51,289 nucleotides of DNA from the NCBI GenBank assembly GCA_964344495.1, contig CAYFNI010000001.1:1-51289 (forward strand). The letters run 5' to 3'. Both the position numbers and the translations under genes were made by a program. Shown piece after piece: positions 31,901 to 39,133 of this stretch. This stretch comes from an uncultured Methylococcus sp. (GTDB lineage Bacteria > Pseudomonadota > Gammaproteobacteria > Methylococcales > Methylococcaceae). Each line of letters starts with the position of its first letter. Positions within the stretch are counted from its first letter, which is position 1. The notes under the pieces were generated by a model, which was not told the DNA's origin, ran no database searches, and worked only from the letters and a program-made list of their open reading frames with translations.

Positions 31901-32644
31901 TTGGAAATGGGTTCCTCATCCAGATTGCTGTCGCTGTGGCGCCCGGGCGATCCCGTGATCGTGATGGGTGTGACCGGTGCGCCGACCGAGATTCATGCTG
32001 GCCAAACCGTCGCCCTGATTGGTGGCGGGCTGGGCAATGCCGTGTTGTTCTCGATCGGCAAGGCCTTGCGCGCAGCCGGCAGCCAGGTGATCTATTTTGC
32101 CGGATATCGCAAGAACGAGGATGTCTTCAAGGTGCGTGATATCGAGGCGGCATCGGATGTCGTTGTCTGGGCCGTTGATCCCTTGCCCGATGCCAAGCCG
32201 ATACCGGTCCTGCGTCCACAGGACAAAACCTTTGTCGGCAATATCGTTGAGGCTATGGTCGCGTATGCGAAGGGTGAACTCGGCGATACCCCCATTCACC
32301 TGGATGATGTCGATCACATGGTCGTGATCGGTTCCGATCGCATGATGGCAGCGGTCAAGGCTGCGCGCTTCGGTATTCTCAAGCCCTACATCAAGCCTCA
32401 CCACTCGGCGATCGGGTCGATCAATTCGCCCATGCAGTGCATGATGAAAGGGGTCTGTGCACAGTGCTTGTGCAAGCATGTCGACCCCGAGAGTGGGCAG
32501 GAATACTTCGTCTATTCCTGTTACAACCAGGATCAGGATCTCGACCGCGTCGATTTCCCGAATCTCCAGGCCCGACTCCGGCAGAATTCCGTGCAGGAAA
32601 AACTCTCAAGTCGCTGGCTTGAGCATCTGGTCTCAAGGCGCTGA
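28970..32644 (+). CDS. Large fused flavo-iron-sulfur oxidoreductase: an unassigned N-terminal domain, then a GltD/NfnB/SudA-like module (2x[4Fe-4S], FAD, NAD(P)H), then a PyrK/NfnA/SudB-like module (FAD/NAD(P), [2Fe-2S])
   Basis: ORF 28901..32644 (TTG start) is trimmed to ATG 28970, giving 1224 aa. The Cys clusters are CIYCHDRDTDSC...GCP...LCPGTGHRICNDCMKGC (about 29849-30097). The Rossmann motifs are VLVAGMGPAGYTLA (about 30260) and GVIGGGLTAIDT (about 30785). There is a GltD-type tail, FVAAGTSPN...GDNHPVYAGNVVKAMASAKDG. The PyrK-like part starts near 31680 (ARIVEINRVTPTIIEVIVRAPL, ALIGGGLGNAVL). The 2Fe-2S motif is CMMKGVCAQCLC (32438-32473), with a later Cys at 32519. Confidence 0.7.
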   Translation: MTTSMTNASTLILGIPGFSYADLYDPARLSDLAGCFDAELAARDEALFQSFEAYRNCRGEGMQPEAVSELLVRLAPELGRFVARLFGVEREHDAQAALIRADFDTVFAYKSEIVAKSASRFKGEDPAHWDIGEIRRQFDRLVLMAIDEEALKADREAAIAGLAVRVKQAVDSGELAGIALIRGRLMADEQASSLYSGLLAGDDGALANGLHDVIGRWTFAATRDQALKAEVKDWVSFKTPAKTDFGHLVHHELHPVNGYQVWKGPQEHHRRRDGFGLTDPRFSERRVLNEVDHCIYCHDRDTDSCSKGMRNKKDGTYKTNPLGVTITGCPLEEKISEMHYVKRQGDNLGALALITIDNPLCPGTGHRICNDCMKGCIYQKTQPVNIPQIETNVLTDVLFMPWGFEIYSLLTRWNPLNVKRPVALPYNGRNVLVAGMGPAGYTLAHYLLNEGFGVVGIDGLKIEPLPSHLVGDATHAPEPIRDFRDLYEALDQRIMLGFGGVAEYGITVRWDKNFLKVIYLNLLRRQSFRIYGGVRFGGTLTINEAWDLGFDHIAIASGAGKPTLIDLKNNLIRGIRKASDFLMGLQLTGAAKESSLANMQVRLPAGVIGGGLTAIDTCTEVLAYYPVQVEKILHRYENLARLHGEEAVRRMYDEEERLILDEFLTHGRAIQAERQRAEQAGEKPHFLPLLESWGGVTLYYRKGIEDSPAYRQNAEEITEALDEGIRLAPGMSPVAALEDGFGHIRAVEFDRLELQDGRWTKVETVEVALRSLFVAAGTSPNTIYESEHPDSFEMDKKFYQRYEPNWLADAAPVLEQVNDTTEVKIGKPAPFTSYSRNGRFITFYGDNHPVYAGNVVKAMASAKDGYPYITRLYEKELAQLDPADQAARNQALRQFQARLDDQLLARIVEINRVTPTIIEVIVRAPLAAKHFAPGQFYRVQNFEALAPVIEGTVLVAEGLALTGAWVDKEQGLISLIALEMGSSSRLLSLWRPGDPVIVMGVTGAPTEIHAGQTVALIGGGLGNAVLFSIGKALRAAGSQVIYFAGYRKNEDVFKVRDIEAASDVVVWAVDPLPDAKPIPVLRPQDKTFVGNIVEAMVAYAKGELGDTPIHLDDVDHMVVIGSDRMMAAVKAARFGILKPYIKPHHSAIGSINSPMQCMMKGVCAQCLCKHVDPESGQEYFVYSCYNQDQDLDRVDFPNLQARLRQNSVQEKLSSRWLEHLVSRR

Positions 32645-32740
32645 GCCCCGCATCCGGGGTTGCCCAATCGGGTGCCCCGGATCCATCTCGTCCCATGAGT
32701 CGTTTAGTATTTTCAACTCGACTTGTTTTGCACATAAAGC

Positions 32741-32769
32741 ATGACAAGCCCGGAGAAGTCTTTTACTAT
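32741..32769 (+). promoter_or_regulatory. Sigma70-like promoter candidate for the small secreted protein gene
   Basis: ATGACA (32741-32746), a 17-nt spacer, then TACTAT (32764-32769), in an AT-richer intergenic region about 100 nt upstream of ATG 32869. This is a sequence match only. Confidence 0.3.
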
Positions 32770-32868
32770 TCAATTTGTTGTTGCCGGCCATGAAGACCGT
32801 GTCAGCAACTGGGATATTCGCCAACTGATTGGTTGCCTTTAAGGGCTGCCAGAGGAGACACAACAAAC

Positions 32869-33237
32869 ATGAAAATGAGCAAGATTTCTACCGTAGTTAG
32901 CAGCGCACTTCTGGCCCTGGCTGTTTCTGGCAATGTATTCGCTGCCGAAAACGCTGCAGGTGTTAAAGAGCATTTTGGTCTGACCGTTCAGAAGGCCAAG
33001 GAAGCTCAGGCTTCTGCTGCTGCCGGTAACAAGGAAGAGTGCCTTGTGAACATCAAGGCTGCCAAGCAGCACTACAAAGAAGTCACCGGCGATGCCGCTG
33101 GCAAGCCCCTGCAGGACGCTATCAAGGTTCTGAAAGTCGGTCAGGAAGAGTGCGAACAGGGCAATACTGCCAAGGCAGCTGCCACGCTGACCGAAGTTGT
33201 CAATGCCCTCGAAAAGATCAACGCGAACATCAAGTAA
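32869..33237 (+). CDS. Small secreted all-helical protein (SmbP-like in style, identity unverified)
   Basis: ORF 32833..33237 is trimmed to ATG 32869 (GAGGAG upstream), giving 122 aa. The signal peptide is MKMSKISTVVSSALLALAVSGNVFA|AE. The mature part is Ala/Lys/Glu-rich with two (K/Q)EEC motifs. Codon usage shifts to GCT/GTT/TCT/GGT codons. A strong terminator follows. Confidence 0.75.
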   Translation: MKMSKISTVVSSALLALAVSGNVFAAENAAGVKEHFGLTVQKAKEAQASAAAGNKEECLVNIKAAKQHYKEVTGDAAGKPLQDAIKVLKVGQEECEQGNTAKAAATLTEVVNALEKINANIK

Positions 33238-33278
33238 GCGTTTGTCCTAAGGCCGTCCTCGGGTGGCCAAGGGTTCAA

Positions 33279-33314
33279 GGGGGGATCCACGCGTTGCGTG
33301 GGTCCCCCTTTTTG
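33279..33314 (+). terminator. Rho-independent terminator between convergent genes
   Basis: GGGGGGATCCACGC-GTT-GCGTGGGTCCCCC forms 13 pairs, including one G-U, and is followed by TTTTTG. It lies 42 nt after the stop of the small secreted protein gene. Confidence 0.8.
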
Positions 33315-33368
33315 TTGGATATGATCCAGGCGAAGGCTTGTTTCGGGCAAACGGGTCTGATTGCGGTG

Positions 33369-34952
33369 TCAACTTTGAGACCAATAGGCCTGTAGAAACG
33401 CGTCGAAGGACAGGGTGTCCGACTGCTCGATCTGCTGTTGTTTGGTCCAGGACTCCACGGTCGCCTTTTCAAAAGCCTGTTGCCTATCGCGATCCAGCCG
33501 GTGGGCTCGCCAGTGGCGTGCATGTTGGCTGGACTGGTTAAGGGCAAATTCGGCGAACGACATGCCATCAGTGCGCATATCCCTCAAAACCCGGGCAGAA
33601 GGCGTCATTTCCGGATCATCGACAGCCGATCGTTGGCTAAGGATACTTTGCGTGTAAGGTGCGTCCTGGGTTCCTTCATCCAGGCAGGCCGCTACATCGG
33701 CCATGCGGTCGAGAATCTCCCTTGCCCACTGTCTGAGCTGTACCGGCTTGCCCTGCCGCAGCAGACTGAAGTTTGGTCCACGGCCACAACACGCCACATT
33801 CAGATTGTTCTGGCTGCTTTCCGCCTTTTCATCATGGCCAAGAGGGGCGCTGTCTAGCATCAGACAGAGCAGCAAGAACACTTCCAGAAATCGCATCTGA
33901 TCCAGCGACACACCTTCGTGGGCGAAACTCATGAGGTCCAATGACCGCAGTTCCACATAGCGGACCCCGCGCTTTTTTAGGGCCAGCGTGGGTTTTTCGC
34001 CTGAATGTGCAATTTGCTTGGGACGGATGGAGCTGTAGTATTCATTCTCGATTTGGAGAATATTGGCATTGAGTTGCCGATATTCTCCATTGACCTTGAT
34101 GCCGATGTCCGCATATGGCGGATAAGGTTGTTCTATCGCCTGCGCCAGGCTGTTGACATAGTTGTCCAGAGAGTCAAAAGAAATATCCAGCCGGGTCTGA
34201 TTGTCATTTCGATAACCGATATCACTCATGCGCAGTGAGGTGGCGAAAGGACGGTACAACGTGTCCCGGTCGAAGGCTGAAAATCGCTCGCTGAGGGATT
34301 CGCGTCCGTGAAAGAACGAGGTGCAGATAGCCGGCGAGTGTCCGAACAGGTAAATCAGCAGCCAGCCCAGGCGGTGGACGTTGCGGATCAGGCCAAAGTA
34401 GGCGCGGGCGATGTAGTCGTCCGCTGTCGCGCTATCCTGCTCACAGTCCTGCAATATTGGCCATAGGTCTTCGTTGACCGAATAATTGAAATGCACACCG
34501 GCGATAGCCTGCATGGTTCTGCCGTAACGATAGCCCAATCCGCGGCGGTAAACATGTTTCATCTGGCCGATATTCGAGTGCCCATAACGGGCAATCGGGA
34601 TGCTTTCATCCCCCTTGAGTCCAATCGGCATGGAGGTGGCCAGCAGGACCTCATCTTCCAGATGGGCATGTACAAAGGCATGCAGATCAGCCAGAAAGCC
34701 AAGCGCCTCCTCAGGCGCTGCAGAGGGCGGGGTGATCAGCTCGATCAGCGCTTCGGAGTAGTCAGTGGTGATCCAGGGGTGGGTGAGCGCCGAGCCCAAT
34801 CGGCTCGGATGCGGGGTGAGCGCAATCCGGCCATGTGTGCTGATGCGCAGGCTCTCTTTTTCCAGTCCCTTGAGCCCGTGGCGAAGGAGTGACTGTTGGT
34901 TTGCGCGTAGCAAATGATCCAGCCGTCGGCTGAAAGACAGGCTCTTGAGCAT
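33369..34952 (-). CDS. gshA: Glutamate--cysteine ligase
   Basis: 527 aa. GLEKESLRISTHGRIALTPHPSRLGSALTHPWITTDYSEALIELITPP is the characteristic proteobacterial GshA N-terminal region. Confidence 0.85.
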   Translation of the reverse strand: MLKSLSFSRRLDHLLRANQQSLLRHGLKGLEKESLRISTHGRIALTPHPSRLGSALTHPWITTDYSEALIELITPPSAAPEEALGFLADLHAFVHAHLEDEVLLATSMPIGLKGDESIPIARYGHSNIGQMKHVYRRGLGYRYGRTMQAIAGVHFNYSVNEDLWPILQDCEQDSATADDYIARAYFGLIRNVHRLGWLLIYLFGHSPAICTSFFHGRESLSERFSAFDRDTLYRPFATSLRMSDIGYRNDNQTRLDISFDSLDNYVNSLAQAIEQPYPPYADIGIKVNGEYRQLNANILQIENEYYSSIRPKQIAHSGEKPTLALKKRGVRYVELRSLDLMSFAHEGVSLDQMRFLEVFLLLCLMLDSAPLGHDEKAESSQNNLNVACCGRGPNFSLLRQGKPVQLRQWAREILDRMADVAACLDEGTQDAPYTQSILSQRSAVDDPEMTPSARVLRDMRTDGMSFAEFALNQSSQHARHWRAHRLDRDRQQAFEKATVESWTKQQQIEQSDTLSFDAFLQAYWSQS

Positions 34953-35023
34953 CCTGATGGTTTAGTCAAAATGAAATAAGGGTCAGACGGGCGAGCGTTC
35001 GCCGAAGCACAGGCCATCGGCCA

Positions 35024-35359
35024 CTACCAACTGAAGAGGACCCATTTGTTGATGTTCATGCCTTTCTGGTTGTCGCCTTCGCGAAGATCCAGATTGCCAT
35101 CACCGTTGGAATCGATCAGGACATAAGATGGCCCGATCACCGGCGTGATGCGGATCATGTAGATCTGGTTGTTGATTCGATATTCTTCAATGGTTTCGTC
35201 GCCGTGCCGGATGATGGTGACATCGGGTTCCATGGGTTTGCCATTCTGGACAGGCGCTGGCAGATCCGGCTGTTCAACCGGAACGGGAATCGGTGTTTCA
35301 TCCTCCGCATGCACAAGAACGCTGCAGAAGAGGCACAGCAGGGCCAGAAGTCGAGTCAT
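35024..35359 (-). CDS. DUF2782-like secreted protein
   Basis: 111 aa with a signal peptide (MTRLLALLCLFCSVLVHA). EPDVTIIRHGDETIEEYRINNQIYMIRITP and YVLIDSNGDGN match my recollection of DUF2782. Confidence 0.6.
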   Translation of the reverse strand: MTRLLALLCLFCSVLVHAEDETPIPVPVEQPDLPAPVQNGKPMEPDVTIIRHGDETIEEYRINNQIYMIRITPVIGPSYVLIDSNGDGNLDLREGDNQKGMNINKWVLFSW

Positions 35360-35523
35360 GAGATCTAATCAACGCTATCAGTGATGACCGGATGGCAATG
35401 ATAGTACAGAACCGGGTTGGAAAGTCCGGTTTGTCGATCAATCCCGCAGCACAGGCTTTCGAGCAGCGCTCAAATGACCGAAAATGCGGGCTCTTAACTA
35501 CCGGCGACCACCGATCCCTTACG

Positions 35524-36273
35524 ATGGACGACAACCAACTACTGCGCTACGGTCGACAAATCCTGCTGCCCCAGATCGATATAGCCGGCCAGGAACGTCT
35601 GCTGGCCGCTCGTGTGCTGATCATCGGCCTGGGTGGATTGGGATCACCGGCGGCACTCTACCTCGCAGCGGCGGGCGTGGGACATCTGGTCATTAATGAT
35701 TTCGATCGCGTCGATCTGAGCAATCTACAGCGACAGATTCTGCACAAAACCCCCAGTATTGGTCAGCCTAAAACATCCTCAGCTCTACAGGAATTAAAGG
35801 CCATTAACCCCGAGATTGACGTGCAAGCCATCGACGGCCAACTGGACAGTGAAGCGCTAGCCCAAGCTGTGGCCGCTGTCGATCTGGTCCTGGACTGCTC
35901 CGACAACCTCAAAACCCGCTTTGCCGTTAACACGGCCTGCCATCGCCATCAGACCCGATTGGTCAGCGGCGCCGTCATACGGTTCGAAGGGCAGATCGCC
36001 GTATTCTGGCCCGGGGTAGGGCAAAGTCCCTGTTACAACTGCCTGTATCCCTACGATAATGAAACAGTGGATTCCTGCGCCCATAACGGTGTAATTGCTC
36101 CATTACCCGGTATCATAGGAAGTATGCAAGCGCTGGAAGCCATCAAACTGCTGGCGATGCCGGACTATGATCCGCCCGCGTCCCTGATGCTGTTTGATGC
36201 GCTGACGCTGGATTGGCAACGTTTCGCGCTCACCCGGAACCCGCATTGCTGCACCTGCGGAAGCTCTGCCTGA
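35524..36273 (+). CDS. moeB: Molybdopterin-synthase adenylyltransferase (HesA/MoeB/ThiF family)
   Basis: ORF 35392..36273 is trimmed to ATG 35524 (MDDNQLLRYGRQILLPQIDIAGQERL). It has the nucleotide-binding motif IIGLGGLGSPAALYLAAAGVG and the zinc cysteines CYNC and CCTC. Confidence 0.8.
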   Translation: MDDNQLLRYGRQILLPQIDIAGQERLLAARVLIIGLGGLGSPAALYLAAAGVGHLVINDFDRVDLSNLQRQILHKTPSIGQPKTSSALQELKAINPEIDVQAIDGQLDSEALAQAVAAVDLVLDCSDNLKTRFAVNTACHRHQTRLVSGAVIRFEGQIAVFWPGVGQSPCYNCLYPYDNETVDSCAHNGVIAPLPGIIGSMQALEAIKLLAMPDYDPPASLMLFDALTLDWQRFALTRNPHCCTCGSSA

Positions 36274-36326
36274 TGTGCGCAACATTACCCTCAGTGGTCG
36301 GTTGACCGGATTTTCGCAGTGACCCC

Positions 36327-36752
36327 ATGAACGAGCAGATAACGCCAACACAGATTGCCCGCCCGTCCCCGACGAGCCGTTTGCAGGCTCATCGGAAGGT
36401 CCTTTCCTGGTTCGCCTGGCTGTTGCTCCTGCTGTTCTGGGAAAATCTCCTTGATCTCACGCTGCACGTTCTGCACATCGTGCTCGAGTATCTCGAACTG
36501 GCGCTGGAAGAAACTCTGGAGATGCTGTTTCACCTCGAAAACTACACCGCCCAGATGTACACGGCCTGGATCGGTTCAACCCTGCTGATCGTCCTGGCTG
36601 CCTTCATTTACTATCGGATATCGCGTTCAATCAGACAGCGCTTCCGCTCCTGGACCTATTTTCGCATTTGGCTCAAGGTGTCGCTGCGGGAAAACTGGCT
36701 CTACCTGTCTTCGCTGCTGCTCGTCTATTTGGCGTCCGAACTGTTGGTATAA
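36327..36752 (+). CDS. Membrane protein, function unknown
   Basis: 141 aa with three hydrophobic segments (VLSWFAWLLLLLFW, IGSTLLIVLAAFIYY, WLYLSSLLLVYLA). I recognised no motif. Confidence 0.5.
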   Translation: MNEQITPTQIARPSPTSRLQAHRKVLSWFAWLLLLLFWENLLDLTLHVLHIVLEYLELALEETLEMLFHLENYTAQMYTAWIGSTLLIVLAAFIYYRISRSIRQRFRSWTYFRIWLKVSLRENWLYLSSLLLVYLASELLV

Positions 36753-36821
36753 GCCTTCACGGAAGGCGGGTCTGTCCGTAAAATGGCAGACTTTCAACCC
36801 GAGACCGACCGGATTCTGAAG

Positions 36822-36989
36822 ATGGCCGAATACAAGAAATTTATCTGCTCTGCCTGTGGCTGGATTTACGATGAAGAACTGGGCGATCCCGACTCGGGCC
36901 TCGCTCCCGGCACCCGCTATGATGATATTCCGGATGATTGGATCTGTCCGGACTGCGGAGTCGACAAAACCTACTTCGATCCACTCTAA
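36822..36989 (+). CDS. Rubredoxin
   Basis: ORF 36783..36989. From ATG 36822 the product is 55 aa: [55 protein letters not shown]. It has the two CxxCG knuckles. Confidence 0.85.
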   Translation: MAEYKKFICSACGWIYDEELGDPDSGLAPGTRYDDIPDDWICPDCGVDKTYFDPL

Positions 36990-37034
36990 GGCTGGCCTGA
37001 TCCTCCTCAATCCAGGTTCACGCTCACGCTCATC

Positions 37035-37844
37035 GTGAAACAGCCCGTTGTGATCATTGGCTTGGGAGAGATCGGCGAGCTTTTCGCCCACGCCTTCCTC
37101 AAACTTGGGCACCCCGTCTTTCCCGTGCTCCGCACAACATCAATGTCGGATCTGGCCGCCTCCGTGCCCGATCCGGCACTGGTGCTGGTGGCCGTGACCG
37201 AGGACAGCCTCCAATCCGTCCTCGCGGACCTGCCGACGCCCTGGCGTTCCAGCGTGGCGTTGGTTCAGAACGAACTCCTGCCGCGTGACTGGCAGCCCCA
37301 TGTGCCCCAGGATCCAACCGTGATCGTGGTCTGGTTTGACAAGAAAAAAGGCCGGCCGCTGGTATCTGTTCTCCCGACGCTTGCTGTGGGTGTCCGGGCG
37401 CCCATGGTGGTCGATGCCCTGCAGCGCGTAGGGATACCTGCCCGCGTCATTGACCCCGACGAACGACTGTTCGAGATGGTGCGCAAGAATCTGTATATCC
37501 TCACCATCAATATCGCCGGCCTGCGCAGCGGTGGCAACGTGTCAGAGCTTTGGCAACAGCATCGCACCCTGGCGACGGGCGTCGCGCATGAAATTCTGGA
37601 CATCCAAGCGTCCCTGGCGGCCCAATCGTTGCCGCGCGAGGCGCTGATCGAAGCCATGGTCGAAGCGTTCGAGGGCGATCCTCAACACATCTGTCTCGGT
37701 CGCTCAGGCCCCGGCCGTCTTGACCGCGCCCGCCGGCAGGCCCGTGAGGTGCAGATTCCGACCCCCTGGCTGGATGCGATTGCAGCGGAGAACACGCCCC
37801 CAAATTCTGAAGGAGCCGCTGCTCGGCCGGTAACACTGGCGTGA
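37035..37844 (+). CDS. NAD(P)-binding Rossmann protein, ketopantoate-reductase (PanE/ApbA)-like
   Basis: 269 aa with a GTG start. VVIIGLGEIGELFAHAFLKLG (GxGxxG) lies at the extreme N-terminus. The C-terminal half has VRKNLYILTINIAGL, resembling the ApbA_C helix bundle. The assignment is tentative. Confidence 0.5.
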   Translation: MKQPVVIIGLGEIGELFAHAFLKLGHPVFPVLRTTSMSDLAASVPDPALVLVAVTEDSLQSVLADLPTPWRSSVALVQNELLPRDWQPHVPQDPTVIVVWFDKKKGRPLVSVLPTLAVGVRAPMVVDALQRVGIPARVIDPDERLFEMVRKNLYILTINIAGLRSGGNVSELWQQHRTLATGVAHEILDIQASLAAQSLPREALIEAMVEAFEGDPQHICLGRSGPGRLDRARRQAREVQIPTPWLDAIAAENTPPNSEGAAARPVTLA

Positions 37845-39133
37845 CCAACGCTGAATCCTTCGCAACCGTTGGCGGGACGTCGGTCAGTTACGGGCTTTTT
37901 CTAAGCGAAGCGGCAGCCTTGGCGCAGGTACTGCCCCCGTGCAGTGCCGTAATCAATCTCTGCGAAAACCGCTACCGGTTCGCCCTGGGTTTTGTGGCAG
38001 CCATGGCCAAGGGCGTCGTCACCCTCATGCCGCCGGATCGCAGCGCCCTGCATCTGGAGTCCTTGCTACAGCAGCACCCGGGGGCCCTGATTCTCAGAGA
38101 CGAGACAGCCCACGCCGATACTTCCAGCTGGATCGTGGGGCGTTACCTCGACGATCGGATGGGCCCGATCACGTTCGACATCGACCCTCACAGGATCGTG
38201 CTTGTCGCCTACACTTCAGGCAGCACCGGGTTGCCTCAGCCGCAACCCAAAACACTGGCGTCACTCAAGGAGAGTGCCCGCCTGATTGATCTGCATCTGG
38301 GCGGGGTGAACGGCAAGGCCGTGGTGGCCACCGTGCCGATTCAGCACATGTACGGACTGGAACTCAGCCTGTTGCTGCCACTCTTCTGCGGTGCCATCCT
38401 GCAGGAGGGCAAGCCGTTCTATCCCGCCGATATTGTCGCCAGTCTGGCCCGAACGGCAGATCCGGCGGTCCTTGTCACCACCCCGGTGCACCTTCGCGCC
38501 CTGATCGGAAGTGGCTTGAGTCTGCCGCCGATCGAACTTCTCGTATCGGCTACCGCGCCACTGGATCGGGCACTGGCCAGTCAGGCCGAAGACCGTTTCG
38601 GAGCCCCTTTGCTGGAGATTTATGGATGTACGGAGGCCGGATCCATCGCCGGCCGTCGGCCCAGTCAGGCCGAGGAATGGACCCTGTTCGAACCGGTCCG
38701 GATGCATGGTGGGCCGCGCGGGATTCATGTGACCGCCCCGCATCTGTCCGAACCGGTCTGGCTCCAGGACCTGATCGAACCGCTGGACGCGCGTCAGTTT
38801 CGGCTATCGGGCCGACAGGTCGACCTGATCAACATTGCCGGCAAGCGGGGCTCGCTGGCCGCCCTGAACCGGGTGCTGCTGGACATCGAGGGGGTGGTGG
38901 ACGGAACCTTCTTCCTGCCGGATGACACCCATCAGGGCACGACGCGGATGGTCGTGTTTGTAGTAGCGCCGACGCTGACCCATGACAGCGTGCTGCAGCA
39001 GTTGCGACAACGGATTGATCCCGCATTCATGCCCCGCGTCGTTCATCAGCTCGAATCGCTGCCGCGCAATGCCACTGGCAAGCTACCGCTGCAGGCCTTG
39101 CAGCGGTTGCTCAATCGGTCAGCTTCGGCCTGA
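37841..39133 (+). CDS. AMP-dependent synthetase/ligase (XanA2-like aryl-acid:ACP or CoA ligase candidate)
   Basis: 430 aa. The GTG start overlaps the previous stop (GTGA). Motifs: AYTSGSTGLPQPQPKT (AMP-binding motif I), EIYGCTEAG and NATGKLP at the C-terminus. Confidence 0.75.
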   Translation: MTNAESFATVGGTSVSYGLFLSEAAALAQVLPPCSAVINLCENRYRFALGFVAAMAKGVVTLMPPDRSALHLESLLQQHPGALILRDETAHADTSSWIVGRYLDDRMGPITFDIDPHRIVLVAYTSGSTGLPQPQPKTLASLKESARLIDLHLGGVNGKAVVATVPIQHMYGLELSLLLPLFCGAILQEGKPFYPADIVASLARTADPAVLVTTPVHLRALIGSGLSLPPIELLVSATAPLDRALASQAEDRFGAPLLEIYGCTEAGSIAGRRPSQAEEWTLFEPVRMHGGPRGIHVTAPHLSEPVWLQDLIEPLDARQFRLSGRQVDLINIAGKRGSLAALNRVLLDIEGVVDGTFFLPDDTHQGTTRMVVFVVAPTLTHDSVLQQLRQRIDPAFMPRVVHQLESLPRNATGKLPLQALQRLLNRSASA

